Shown in pieces: positions 8,760 to 19,406 of a stretch of DNA of 64,000 bases. Numbering within the stretch: position 1 is the stretch's first letter; every line of letters starts with the position of its first letter. Made by a program: the position numbers and the translations under genes. A model generated the notes under the pieces. That model was not told where the DNA came from, did no database searches, and saw only the letters and a list, made by a program, of their open reading frames with translations. Source of the stretch: Balanoglossus misakiensis (taxonomy: Eukaryota; Animalia; Hemichordata); assembly GCA_040954595.2 (NCBI GenBank), contig JBECUI020000036.1:62001-126000 (forward strand), given 5' to 3'.

Positions 8760-9490
8760 CTTATATCTCCATCCTGCGGAAATATACGACAGCTTTCCTT
8801 TAGATCTAACTGTCCCTCGTATAATGCCCTGCCGACAATAAGACCAGCAAGCCCCGGCACCTGTGCAACTTCCCGTATATCATCAATTCCCCGGATACCC
8901 CCAGAAAGAATAACAGGTATGCCAACTTGATCAGCTAATCGGGCTCCACGTTCGATTGCCGGACCCTGAGATGCACCATCATGTTCTATTGATGTATAAA
9001 TAATACTGGAACATCCAATGGCTTCCGCCTTCTTGGCTAATTCATGACTATGGTACGTACTACCAGTCTCCCATCCCTCAATCCGTACAATATCGTCTTG
9101 TGCATCAATGCCGCCAACAAAGATCGAACCAAAATCTGCTGTCCAGTCGGCGACCAGATCGGGATTTCGTACGAGAATGGTACCCAAGACAATACGATCG
9201 GCTCCTATGCCGATCAAGCGATCGATATCGGTCTTACTGCGAACCCCTCCGCCAATCTCCACCGTACAGGAGACCGCCTTGCAAACTCTTTCCAGCAGCT
9301 TGCAGTTCTCTTCCTTCCTTCCTTTTACGGCATCAAGATCAACTAGATGAATCCTGACAGCACCGGCATCTTCAAAAGAGCGCACGACATCAACCGGATC
9401 ATGGCTATATACAGTTGTTTGTTCGTATTTTCCTTGATAGAGACGCACACATTGTTGATTCAGCACATCCAATGCAGGTATAATAGTCAT
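8753..9490 (-). CDS. hisA: ProFAR isomerase
   Basis: IIPALDV, CVRLYQG, HLVDLD, GGGVR, SGGI. Confidence 0.95.
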   Translation of the reverse strand: MTIIPALDVLNQQCVRLYQGKYEQTTVYSHDPVDVVRSFEDAGAVRIHLVDLDAVKGRKEENCKLLERVCKAVSCTVEIGGGVRSKTDIDRLIGIGADRIVLGTILVRNPDLVADWTADFGSIFVGGIDAQDDIVRIEGWETGSTYHSHELAKKAEAIGCSSIIYTSIEHDGASQGPAIERGARLADQVGIPVILSGGIRGIDDIREVAQVPGLAGLIVGRALYEGQLDLKESCRIFPQDGDIRW

Positions 9491-9502
9491 TCTTGCACTC
9501 CA

Positions 9503-10003
9503 CTAAACAATTTTTTCAAGTTGCCTCTTACACGCAATACAAATATTTTTGCCAGCACAATCTGCATCAAAGTTCTTATTAACCTGCTGTAAGACTTCCG
9601 TGCGATAGAAATGAATAAAGGCAAGCAACCGTTGCTCCAATATGTCGCTCACAGCACCCTCCATTCTCTTTGCCGTATCGTAGGCATCATGCTCCTCCAT
9701 ATCGAGCAGATCGGTAAGAAATTCATAGAGCATGCGACGCTTATGTAAGCCATTCCGTGCAAAAAGAATTCCTTTCTTCGTCAACTTAATAATGGCATAG
9801 GGAGTATAAGAAATGTACTGCTTCTCCGCGAGGGCGGGCAATACCATGCTCACCGCGGCATTGCTTACCCCAAGATACTTCGCGATCTGACTTGTTCGGG
9901 ATCCCCCGTGCTTTCGTTCTATAAAATAAACCGCTGTGAGATATTCCTGCTGTGTTGATGTAAGAGAAATATCTCTTGTTCCATCTGTCTGATTGTTGTT
10001 CAT
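9503..10003 (-). CDS. DtxR/MntR-family transcriptional regulator
   Basis: QEYL.AVY, IAKYLGVSNAAVS HTH, IKLTKKG, YEFL dimerisation region. Confidence 0.85.
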   Translation of the reverse strand: MNNNQTDGTRDISLTSTQQEYLTAVYFIERKHGGSRTSQIAKYLGVSNAAVSMVLPALAEKQYISYTPYAIIKLTKKGILFARNGLHKRRMLYEFLTDLLDMEEHDAYDTAKRMEGAVSDILEQRLLAFIHFYRTEVLQQVNKNFDADCAGKNICIACKRQLEKIV

Positions 10004-10047
10004 GATATATTACGAGTTAGTCTATAGGAAATAGTCTATTTTGTCTA

Positions 10048-11400
10048 CTAATTACGCAAACTGATTGCCGGTGGGGGAATTCTTCCTCCACGGTGTATGA
10101 ATGAAGCACTGCTAAAGGGGGAAACCGAAATAACCGGGCATTCACCGAGCAATCCTCCGAAGGAAAGATGATCACCAACTTGTTTCCCTGTAGCAGGTAT
10201 CAGCCGGGCAGCAGTAGTTTTGTTATTTACTACACCTATTGCCATTTCATCGGCAATAATTGCTGCGATTGTTTCACATTCGGTATCGCCGGGAATAACA
10301 ACCATATCAAGTCCAACCGAACATACCGCAGTCATCGCTTCCAACTTTTCTATGCTTATGCTTCCATCGCGTACTGCCTGAGCCATGCCGACATCTTCAG
10401 ATACCGGCAGAAAGGAACCGGACAATCCGCCGACATGGGTACTTGCCATCATACCACCTTTTTTGATTGCATCATTCAGTAATGCAAGAGCTGCTGTTGA
10501 ACCCGGTGCTCCGCAACGTTCAATGCCCATCTCTTCAATAATATGGGCGATGCTGTCCCCTATGACAGGAGAGGGTGCGAGGGACAAGTCAAGGATACCC
10601 ATATCAACGCCCATGCGGTTTGCTGCCTCCGTAACAACCAGCTGCCCTATTCTACTAATTTTGAATGCCGTACGCTTAATGCTTTCCGCCAATACCTCAA
10701 AGGAGGCACCGGAACACTCGCACATGGCAGCATGAATAGCACCTGGACCACTGACCCCAACATGAACAACAACTTCCGCTTCACCACTCCCGTGGAATGC
10801 ACCAGCCATAAAGGGGTTGTCTTCCGGGACATTGGCAAAGGCAACAAGTTTAGCACAAGCCATGCCGTATTGACTGGCACCTGCAGTTCGTTTAATAATT
10901 TCGGCAACTTGGCGGACCGCATCCATGTTGATGCCGGCACGAGTTGAAGCAAGATTCACGAAGGAACAGACCCGCTGACATTCGGTTAATGCCGCCGGTA
11001 TGGATTCAAGAAGAACCATATCCGATTTGGTTTGCCCCTTATGTACCAGTGCTCCAAAGCCCCCAATATAATCAACCCCAACCGTTGCGGCAGCCGCATC
11101 TAATGCCTTGGCATATTCGACATAGTTCTCTTCTCCGCTTGCAGCAGCGATCTCAGAAATAGGACTAACCGATACCCGCGTATGTACGATAGGAATACCA
11201 TAAAGGGTACTGATGTCATCACGCACGCGTACGAGCTTCTCTGCATGAAAACATATCTTATCGTATATGCGACTACAGGCACGTTTTGCGCTGCTATCGG
11301 CACATGACATCAAAGATATGCCCATCGTGATGGTACGTATGTCCAAATGTTGCTCTTGAAACATACGAAGGGTCTCTTTAATTTCAAAATGGGAAATCAT
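10048..11400 (-). CDS. PFL-family protein (DUF711/UPF0210)
   Basis: [43 protein letters not shown]. Confidence 0.93.
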   Translation of the reverse strand: MISHFEIKETLRMFQEQHLDIRTITMGISLMSCADSSAKRACSRIYDKICFHAEKLVRVRDDISTLYGIPIVHTRVSVSPISEIAAASGEENYVEYAKALDAAAATVGVDYIGGFGALVHKGQTKSDMVLLESIPAALTECQRVCSFVNLASTRAGINMDAVRQVAEIIKRTAGASQYGMACAKLVAFANVPEDNPFMAGAFHGSGEAEVVVHVGVSGPGAIHAAMCECSGASFEVLAESIKRTAFKISRIGQLVVTEAANRMGVDMGILDLSLAPSPVIGDSIAHIIEEMGIERCGAPGSTAALALLNDAIKKGGMMASTHVGGLSGSFLPVSEDVGMAQAVRDGSISIEKLEAMTAVCSVGLDMVVIPGDTECETIAAIIADEMAIGVVNNKTTAARLIPATGKQVGDHLSFGGLLGECPVISVSPFSSASFIHRGGRIPPPAISLRN

Positions 11401-11406
11401 TCTTGT

Positions 11407-11676
11407 TTATACCCGGTGCATACTGCGAAATACATCTTCATGGTATATGTTAATAATCATACCAAGGTCTTTGCCCGCTTGTTGCACCTCTTCTCGAAAA
11501 TCCGCAAAGGGACAATTTATATCTTCAGTTTCCACTAACATGGTCATGGTAAAGACATCTTGCATAATAGTCTGCGTTATATCAAGTATATTGGCATTAT
11601 GTTGTGCAAGTACCGTACTGATACGTGCAATAATGCCAGGTCTATCTTGCCCAATTGTTGTTATTGCTACCTTCAT
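11407..11676 (-). CDS. ACT-domain protein (UPF0237)
   Basis: GQDRPGIIA..S..LA..NANILDITQT; usual partner of DUF711. Confidence 0.92.
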   Translation of the reverse strand: MKVAITTIGQDRPGIIARISTVLAQHNANILDITQTIMQDVFTMTMLVETEDINCPFADFREEVQQAGKDLGMIINIYHEDVFRSMHRV

Positions 11677-11778
11677 TATATTGATATCATACTATATGAG
11701 ACGAAGAAAAAAAAGTATCTCCTACCAACAAAAATTATTGGTGTTCGATAATGCTGCCAAGATAAACTGGGATGATCT

Positions 11779-12681
11779 TTACAGACCGGTATACTCTTTC
11801 ACGAACTGCCGGGCCTTCCGGGCATACTCTAAGGGAGGTGCCTTTTTCGGATCCTGTTCTGCCTCGACAACAAGCCAGCCCTGGTATCGGTTTTGTTCAA
11901 GTACCGCAAAGAACTCATCGTATCGCCCCATAGACCCATCACCGAGAATTGTAAAGAAGCCACGCCGTATGCCTTCCAGAAAACTCAACCCTTCGGTCTG
12001 TATCTCTTTCATAACCTTCCCCCGTACATCCTTGAGGTGGATATGCCCAACACGAGAGATAAACCTTTTTAGTGCATCAATGGGATCTTCCTCTGATGCA
12101 TAAAAATGTCCGCAATCATAATTTAGCGAAACGTATGCCGGATCGGTTTCATTGAGTAGAATTTCAGTTTCTGCAATAGTCTGTACACAAGTGCCCATAT
12201 GGTGATGAAAACAAAGGGTGATACCGTACTCCTGTTTGGCACGTTTGCCCAGTTTGTTCAAGCCGGTACAGAGTAACTTCCACTGCTCCAGACTGTTTTG
12301 GGGTTTATCTCGGTATAAGGCAGTGTCTTCCCGACCTTGGATACTCGTACCGACTTCTCCGCCACCGACTACCTTGGCACCGACCGCTTTCAAGAAAGCC
12401 AGCAATCGAATGAACTCCAGTTCCACCTTCTCAAAGGGCTCGGTAGTAAACCGGTAGTTTGCCCATTGATTGCAAACTTGCAGACTTCGTTTCTCCAACA
12501 TAGGCAAAAGAATTGCCGCATCGGTAGGGAACTTCACTCCAACTTCACAACCCTCATATCCAGCCTCTTGCATCTCATCCAGACATTGCTCCAACGATAT
12601 CTCTCCGCCAAGCTCAGGCATATCGTCATTGGTCCAATTAATAGGGGCTACCCCAACCTTTACCATATCAGAGTTCAACAT
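11779..12681 (-). CDS. iolE: Myo-inosose-2 dehydratase
   Basis: APINWTNDDMPELG, FHHHMGT, HIHLKD, VEAEQDP. Confidence 0.93.
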   Translation of the reverse strand: MLNSDMVKVGVAPINWTNDDMPELGGEISLEQCLDEMQEAGYEGCEVGVKFPTDAAILLPMLEKRSLQVCNQWANYRFTTEPFEKVELEFIRLLAFLKAVGAKVVGGGEVGTSIQGREDTALYRDKPQNSLEQWKLLCTGLNKLGKRAKQEYGITLCFHHHMGTCVQTIAETEILLNETDPAYVSLNYDCGHFYASEEDPIDALKRFISRVGHIHLKDVRGKVMKEIQTEGLSFLEGIRRGFFTILGDGSMGRYDEFFAVLEQNRYQGWLVVEAEQDPKKAPPLEYARKARQFVKEYTGL

Positions 12682-12703
12682 CTCTTCTCCTTACCTCTTG
12701 AAA

Positions 12704-14224
12704 CTATGTGTACAAACTTTCGTCAAAGGTATCCATTCCTGCACCCGTTGCAAGATGTAATATCTTTTCTTGAGTTGCTTCTTCGCGAGTTAGTTCCCCT
12801 GACTTCTCGCCTTCGTGCATAACAAGTATTCTGTCTGACATTCCAAGAATTTCAGGAAGTTCCGAAGAAATCATAACGATACTCTTGCCCATTTGTGCTA
12901 GCCCGGTAATAATTTTATGAATTTCTGCTTTGGAACCAACGTCGATACCACGGGTCGGTTCGTCTAAAATAAGAATATCAGGGTCAGTTAACAGCCAGCG
13001 GGCAATGAGTACCTTCTGTTGATTCCCGCCACTCAGATTCATAACAAGTTGCTGCAAATTTGGTGTCTTAATATTGAGTTTCTTGGTGAGATTATTACTC
13101 GCCACTTCCATCTCTTTTTTGTTCAGCAATCCCAGGTGACGATATTCATTAATATTTGCAATAACAATGTTATCCAAGACTTGAAGTACGAGATATAAAC
13201 CGCTTGTTTTTCTATCCTCCGTCAGGAATGCCATACCGTGCTTGAGGGAATCACGCGGATTATGTATGGTAACAGGCTCGTTGTAAATGAATATCTCGCC
13301 CTCGTCTTTCGGGGTAACACCAAAAACGCATTCCAGTACCTCAGTCCTCCCGGATCCAACTAATCCTGCAAAACCTAGGATCTCTCCCTTCCGAATGTCA
13401 AAACTGACATCATTAAAAACCCCATATCGTGTTAGACCGCGGACAGATAAAGATATCTCCCCAATCTCGGCATCTTCTTTGGGAAATAGTTGCTTGACTT
13501 CCCTTCCCACCATCATCTGTATAAGGTCCTCACGAGAAACGTTTTTCGCTTGGTCCGTAGCAATATACTGACCATCGCGGTAAACTGAAATCTCATCCGC
13601 AACCTTGTATACCTCATCCATCTTATGGGTAATAAAAATAATGGATACCCCATCACTTCTTAACTGATGAATAATCCTGAATAGATGTGCAACCTCCTTT
13701 TCCATTAATGCACTGGTCGGCTCATCCATAATAATTAGTTTCGAGCGATAGGAAATGGCTTTGGCAATTTCGATCATTTGCATTTGTGCAACACTCAATT
13801 CTACTAATTTCTTTCTCGGATCAATCTGAATGTCCAGATCATCCAGTAATCGACGAGTTTCTTTGTGCATAGTGTTATCATCAACAAAAAGATGATAGTT
13901 GGTTAGTTCTTTTCCGAGAAATATGTTCTCAGCTACAGTCATATACGGAACAGGACTGAGCTCCTGGTGTATCATAGATAGTCCGGTAGTAAGTGCTTCG
14001 TGCGTATTTTCAAATGACACTTCATTACCATCAAAAACGATCTTTCCTTCATCCGGAGTCTCAATACCAATCAAAATCTTCATCAGTGTTGATTTTCCTG
14101 CACCGTTTTCTCCCATTACCGCATGCACGGTTCCCTTCTTTACCCGTAGCTGTACAGATTGTAGTGCCTGCACACCCGGATACTTTTTTGACACATTTGA
14201 AACTTCAAGTATATAATCAGCCAT
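12704..14224 (-). CDS. Sugar ABC transporter ATP-binding protein (RbsA/MglA type)
   Basis: [33 protein letters not shown]; two NBDs. Confidence 0.95.
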   Translation of the reverse strand: MADYILEVSNVSKKYPGVQALQSVQLRVKKGTVHAVMGENGAGKSTLMKILIGIETPDEGKIVFDGNEVSFENTHEALTTGLSMIHQELSPVPYMTVAENIFLGKELTNYHLFVDDNTMHKETRRLLDDLDIQIDPRKKLVELSVAQMQMIEIAKAISYRSKLIIMDEPTSALMEKEVAHLFRIIHQLRSDGVSIIFITHKMDEVYKVADEISVYRDGQYIATDQAKNVSREDLIQMMVGREVKQLFPKEDAEIGEISLSVRGLTRYGVFNDVSFDIRKGEILGFAGLVGSGRTEVLECVFGVTPKDEGEIFIYNEPVTIHNPRDSLKHGMAFLTEDRKTSGLYLVLQVLDNIVIANINEYRHLGLLNKKEMEVASNNLTKKLNIKTPNLQQLVMNLSGGNQQKVLIARWLLTDPDILILDEPTRGIDVGSKAEIHKIITGLAQMGKSIVMISSELPEILGMSDRILVMHEGEKSGELTREEATQEKILHLATGAGMDTFDESLYT

Positions 14225-14293
14225 ACATAGTTCCTTATTTTAATCTATGATATCTAACTCATAGTGTAACATATTCCATATGTCTATTCAAGA

Positions 14294-15304
14294 CTATTCA
14301 TCATAGTTGGTAACTGAAACCCATTTTTCTTCCCGTTCAGCTACAAATAATGCATCAATAACCGCCATATTCCGTATGGCATCCTGTCCCGATATTGGTG
14401 CCGAGACGTCGGAAAGAATCGCCTGAGAAAAGGATTCCAACTCTAATAAATACTGATCAGAAGCAGCAAAGGGAACAATCCTGACACCAAGATCGGTGGA
14501 TATAGAAAGATTCAGCATGCGATCATTGTATGCATTAAATGGCGTGTCAATAAATATATGCCCCTCCGTTCCAAATATTTGTACTTGTTGCCTTGAAAAG
14601 GTACGGGTTCCGACCGTAAAAACCGCCTGTACCATACCAAAATCCAGGCATGCAGAACAGATGGTATCTACACCTGATGAGGCTTGTCGGTTTATCAGTG
14701 ATATGACCCGTTTTGGTTCGGCATTGAGAATAAATCGTGCCGTAGATATACCATAACAACCAATATCATACAGGGCTCCACCGCCATCTCGATACTTGTT
14801 TCGCACGTTCTCATCATCATCATTATAGAAAAAGAAATTTGTTTGAATTGCGGTTATGTCACCGATTTCACGAGCTCGTAGTAGTTCTCGAACATACTGC
14901 CACCGCGGATGGAATTTATACATAAATGCTTCCATCAGCAGTACTTCTCGCTCAGCACAGTATTGAACAGCAGCACGCGTTTCTTCTGCGTTAAGACAAA
15001 GCGGCTTCTCGCATAAGATATGTTTGCCGGCATCGGCTGCTTTCTTTATCCACTCTAAATGAAGATGATTGGGTAAGGGAATATATACAGCTTCTACATC
15101 TTTATCTGCTAATAATGCTTCATAACTTCCATAAGCACGATTAATCCGAAATTGTTTTGCAGTATCCCGGGCCCGCACTTCATCTCTTGATGCAATGGCA
15201 TAGAGTTCGGAGTGTTCTGCTCGTTGCCACGGGATGCGCATGCGTTTGACAAAATGCCCGGATACACCAAGCACACCCCATTTGACAGTCTTGTACTGAT
15301 TCAT
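14294..15304 (-). CDS. Gfo/Idh/MocA-family oxidoreductase
   Basis: VYIPLPNHLH, GKHILCEKP, GGGALYDIGCY. Start set to ATG 15304 after a GGAGG SD. Confidence 0.92.
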   Translation of the reverse strand: MNQYKTVKWGVLGVSGHFVKRMRIPWQRAEHSELYAIASRDEVRARDTAKQFRINRAYGSYEALLADKDVEAVYIPLPNHLHLEWIKKAADAGKHILCEKPLCLNAEETRAAVQYCAEREVLLMEAFMYKFHPRWQYVRELLRAREIGDITAIQTNFFFYNDDDENVRNKYRDGGGALYDIGCYGISTARFILNAEPKRVISLINRQASSGVDTICSACLDFGMVQAVFTVGTRTFSRQQVQIFGTEGHIFIDTPFNAYNDRMLNLSISTDLGVRIVPFAASDQYLLELESFSQAILSDVSAPISGQDAIRNMAVIDALFVAEREEKWVSVTNYDE

Positions 15305-15360
15305 GGTTGCCTCCAATTATTTTACAATATAATCAGTATAGCAGATGTCAATATAAAAAA

Positions 15361-18039
15361 CTACTGCGAGAATATAAACTCATGCGCACCAATGTCTACC
15401 GCTCCCATGGGATACACCCGATTGTTTCCCATCAGATCAACCGATATGGGTTCGGTGCTATCCTTGTCATTGTCCAAGTCCGGCAGATCGGGCGTAAGAT
15501 AGTGCATGCTGCCAGCATTAATAGCAGCGCTTGAAGGCAAGAGCCGAATGTCTCCCCGAATTTCTTCTAGGCTTTTCCCTAATGCATTGGGATTAGTCCG
15601 AAATTGTGGGTCAACGTCCTGTATCATCTGTCCGGCAATACCACTTTTTGTCATTGTTAAATCTGCCCCCTCAATAATTGAATAGGCACTGATTATGAGA
15701 GAATCACTGGCATGGATGTTTGAGCTCTGCGAATATATCTGGTTATGATTACGGTTGTTATATACAATGCTGTTGTACAGGTGGATAATGCTCTGATTGT
15801 TGGCAAATAAACCATTGCCCCGGTTGTACGTGCTGTTATTGGCTTCATTGCTGACAATTGTTGCATTAACAATACGGATGATGCTGCTTATGCCCATAAT
15901 GCCCGGCACTTCCCGTGCACGGTTTGATACAATAGCACTGTTCGTGAGAGATAATGAGCTATCCTGTGCAAAGATGGCAGCACCTGATACGCCGTAGTTT
16001 CCCACAAACTCACTGTTATACACTGCTACCGTACCAGATAAGGAATAAAGACCAGCACCAACTACCCCGTAATTTTGTATTAATCGACAGTTGATAAGCT
16101 CCAACGTGCCATTCTCATGATATATTCCCCCACCTACTTCTGCATGATTGTTCCGAAACGTAGTGTTCGCTATTTGTATATCTCCACCGGAACTGTAGAG
16201 CCCGGAGCCAAAATTCGCAATATTCTTTCCATACCCGCCTTCTATAATAAATCCGTCTATGATGCTTTTCTCATCTCCCCCTATATGTTGGAGAACTCTG
16301 TAGGAGTTGTCTTCCAATATATTGTTTTCATTGAAATTACCACTGAGAATGCTTTCCTTATTGTATAATGAGCGGGAAGAGAGCGAAACTTCTGTGCCGG
16401 AAAATCCCCCATATAGCCGAATCCCTGATGGAATAATAAAATGTTCTTTTTGTGCTTCATCGCTATATTTCGACCTATGCGGAAAATATGTGCCCTCAGC
16501 TACCCATATTTCATACCCACTTTCCACCTCTTCCAATGCTGATTGCAGATTCGTATAGGCATCGAACCAGGAAGTCCCTGTATTTTTCCCCATGGCATCT
16601 TCATCAACAAACAAAACATCCTGAACAATTAACTTGCTCCTTACCGGAACACTAAAAGCCTCTCCGTTATGCACAATAAGTTCAATTGTATATTCGCCGG
16701 AATGAGGGGCCTGCTCAATCAACAATATTTCATCGTTCCAATTGGAAACTTGTAGACGATTTGGCGGATCAATGCTCCATCGAAAAGATAACTCCTCTTT
16801 CTCGACATCATAACTTTTTCTCCCATCAATAATGGTCGATGCCCCAGTTGAAACAATAGTATTGCCTGAAATTTGAGCAATCGGAACAGAATGTACGGTT
16901 ATCGCAAGCATATCCACTTCACTACTGACATGACCATCATATACTCTCAATGCGGCAGTGTAGGTCCCTGACGATTTGACGAGGAACTGAACGAAAGGAC
17001 TGCCCGTCGACTGCTCCAATATTTGCATGCCATATGTCGAGTAGATATGCCAGTAGTACTCTAGCTTATCTCCGTCGGCATCGCTGCTTTCGGAGGCATC
17101 TAGTATTACAATCGTATTTATTACTACCTCTTGGTCATTCCCAATACGAGCAATAGGTTGATTATTTACTTTGACACCTACCGAAACTTCTTTGCTCATT
17201 TGAGTATCGTTTTGTACCGAGAGATTGAACTGATACTGCCCAGCGACCCCTATCTTTACCTTGGGACGTGAAGGAACCGTCATGTCCATGCTTACCCCGT
17301 CAGAAGGGTCTACCTGCCAATAATAGGACAAGGGATGAGACTTCGGAGAAAAGGAACGCGTACCGTCTAATACAAATTCTTCGTCAATTAAAACAACTTC
17401 AGGAAATTCTATGTGAGCAACTGGAACGTCACTGACAGTAATAGATTGGTGGGCAACCTGCGTTCTTTTTGTATTATTAATTTCCAACATGATATCGTAC
17501 TCTCCGACTTCTTGAAAAGTAACAGTAACGAGATCCTGGTTTCGCACATTTTCCGAGAATGTTACCGATTCTACCGGTACAATGGACCATAGATAACTCA
17601 GAAGCCTTCCCGATGGATCATAACTCTTCGATGCATCGAGTAAAATCGGCTCATTTTTTCCTACGATCGATGGAGCTTCAATATGGAGAAATATAGGTTC
17701 AACAACCTTTATCTTCGCTATTTCTGGAAGACTTTTGGAATGGGCGTCCTGCACTGTAAGCGAAACTGTATACTCTCCCTCATACGTCGGGAATAGCAGT
17801 ACCTGCTTGCCATGCTTTTTCTCCAGATCTTTCCCACTTGGTGGTGTTATCACCCATTGATACGATAAGTTCGACGTATCTGAAGAATAACTCGTACTGC
17901 CATCAAGGTATAGAGTATCCCCCAGTGTAAGAATTTGATCCCGATTGTCAAAAGCTGCGACTGGTCTTCTAGAAAAGAACCCAGCACCACAAGAATTTAA
18001 AATAATTGTACAGGATAGGAATAATAAGAACCTATACAT
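15361..18039 (-). CDS. Surface lipoprotein with tandem PKD domains and a beta-helix / choice-of-anchor-Q-like C-terminus
   Basis: Lipobox ILNS-C; five LD(G/A)..S.D...L.Y.W units; GTSWFDAYTNLQSAL; GGGIY repeats; DIGAHEF end. Confidence 0.8.
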   Translation of the reverse strand: MYRFLLFLSCTIILNSCGAGFFSRRPVAAFDNRDQILTLGDTLYLDGSTSYSSDTSNLSYQWVITPPSGKDLEKKHGKQVLLFPTYEGEYTVSLTVQDAHSKSLPEIAKIKVVEPIFLHIEAPSIVGKNEPILLDASKSYDPSGRLLSYLWSIVPVESVTFSENVRNQDLVTVTFQEVGEYDIMLEINNTKRTQVAHQSITVSDVPVAHIEFPEVVLIDEEFVLDGTRSFSPKSHPLSYYWQVDPSDGVSMDMTVPSRPKVKIGVAGQYQFNLSVQNDTQMSKEVSVGVKVNNQPIARIGNDQEVVINTIVILDASESSDADGDKLEYYWHIYSTYGMQILEQSTGSPFVQFLVKSSGTYTAALRVYDGHVSSEVDMLAITVHSVPIAQISGNTIVSTGASTIIDGRKSYDVEKEELSFRWSIDPPNRLQVSNWNDEILLIEQAPHSGEYTIELIVHNGEAFSVPVRSKLIVQDVLFVDEDAMGKNTGTSWFDAYTNLQSALEEVESGYEIWVAEGTYFPHRSKYSDEAQKEHFIIPSGIRLYGGFSGTEVSLSSRSLYNKESILSGNFNENNILEDNSYRVLQHIGGDEKSIIDGFIIEGGYGKNIANFGSGLYSSGGDIQIANTTFRNNHAEVGGGIYHENGTLELINCRLIQNYGVVGAGLYSLSGTVAVYNSEFVGNYGVSGAAIFAQDSSLSLTNSAIVSNRAREVPGIMGISSIIRIVNATIVSNEANNSTYNRGNGLFANNQSIIHLYNSIVYNNRNHNQIYSQSSNIHASDSLIISAYSIIEGADLTMTKSGIAGQMIQDVDPQFRTNPNALGKSLEEIRGDIRLLPSSAAINAGSMHYLTPDLPDLDNDKDSTEPISVDLMGNNRVYPMGAVDIGAHEFIFSQ

Positions 18040-18045
18040 ATTAGT

Positions 18046-18054
18046 ATTATAACA
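18046..18054 (-). promoter_or_regulatory. Extended -10 promoter, leaderless geometry
   Basis: TGTTATAAT, 6 nt, ATG(18039). Confidence 0.65.
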
Positions 18055-18131
18055 CATTATATATGTAATGTATATAAAATATGCAATTTCATTGCATATA
18101 CAAGAAGATACGAATAATGTATACTCTCTTT

Positions 18132-19406
18132 ATGCAAATAATAAATCCGAGTATACCAAAAGGGTTTCGTGACAGTTTACCGGAAGAGGAACGTTTACGA
18201 ATACACTGTATACAATTACTTGGAAGTCTATTTCAACAGTACGGATATGTAGCTATTGACACACCGATCTTGGAATATGCGGAAGTACTCCTGGGATCGG
18301 GCGGAGAAGAGACCGAAAAACAAATATATCGCTTTACCCATGCTAATCAACATGATCTTGCAATGCGTTTTGACCTAACCGTTCCGCTTGCGCGGTTTAT
18401 TGCCAGACATCAAGAAACCCTCTCCTTTCCTTTTCGCCGTTACCATATTGCCAAGGTATTCCGCGGGGAGAATACTCAACAAGGACGATATCGCGAGTTC
18501 TACCAATGTGATTTCGATATGGTAGGAAGCGCATCGGTTCATGCTGATTTTGAAGTTATTTGTATGGCACAGGAGGCCTTGTGTGCACTGCAACAAGCCG
18601 ATAACGTCATGTATATTTCTCATAAAAACATTCTGCCTGATTTTCTTCGCCAACGAGGACATACCGAAAACATCAATGTACTTCTCCGTATTATTGATAA
18701 GCGTAGAAAGATCGGGGCAGAAAAACTAAAAACTCTGCTGCTGGAACAAAAACTCTCCTTACAAACAACGGAAGAACTTTTGCAGTTTATCAGTGATACC
18801 CCGACCATAGATGCAATAGCTGAAATAAGTCCCCAAAGTGCAGAGATTTTATCTGAAATACTGCTTATGTTGGATGATTGTGCATACAACAAAAAAGTAA
18901 AAATTGACCCGTCAATAACAAGAGGACTGCACTATTATACCGGCACGGTCTTTGAATGTTTTCTGCATGATAAGCAAGAACTCGGTTCGATTTGTTCAGG
19001 AGGGCGGTACGATAACCTTGCCTCACGGTATACGAAGAGAAAACTGCCGGGAGTTGGAGCATCGATTGGATTGGATCGCCTCCTCGCAGCAGACCGTATT
19101 GTTGTCAATAGACCCACCTCCACCGTATTGGTAACGTTTCAAGATAAGACCTTGGGACGACATTATCAGAAGCTTGCCACTGCATTACGTGCAAAAGGCA
19201 TATCAACAGAAGTATACCCGGAATATCGAAGGCTTGCAGAACAGTTTCAATACGCAGAAAGAAAATTCTTGAGCCATGCTATTATCTGCGGCGAAAACGA
19301 ATTTCACACGAATACCGTAATACTGCGCAACATTGCCCATCGAACGGTAACACAAGCCCTCTCATTAGCTGATTGTATCGCAGAATTGCAAGGTCAGAGG
19401 AACTAG
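18132..19406 (+). CDS. hisS: Histidyl-tRNA synthetase
   Basis: PKGFRD, RFDLTVP, GRYREFYQCDFD, RGLHYYTG, GGRYDNL. Likely start ATG 18132, 6 nt after TATACT. Confidence 0.96.
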   Translation: MQIINPSIPKGFRDSLPEEERLRIHCIQLLGSLFQQYGYVAIDTPILEYAEVLLGSGGEETEKQIYRFTHANQHDLAMRFDLTVPLARFIARHQETLSFPFRRYHIAKVFRGENTQQGRYREFYQCDFDMVGSASVHADFEVICMAQEALCALQQADNVMYISHKNILPDFLRQRGHTENINVLLRIIDKRRKIGAEKLKTLLLEQKLSLQTTEELLQFISDTPTIDAIAEISPQSAEILSEILLMLDDCAYNKKVKIDPSITRGLHYYTGTVFECFLHDKQELGSICSGGRYDNLASRYTKRKLPGVGASIGLDRLLAADRIVVNRPTSTVLVTFQDKTLGRHYQKLATALRAKGISTEVYPEYRRLAEQFQYAERKFLSHAIICGENEFHTNTVILRNIAHRTVTQALSLADCIAELQGQRN

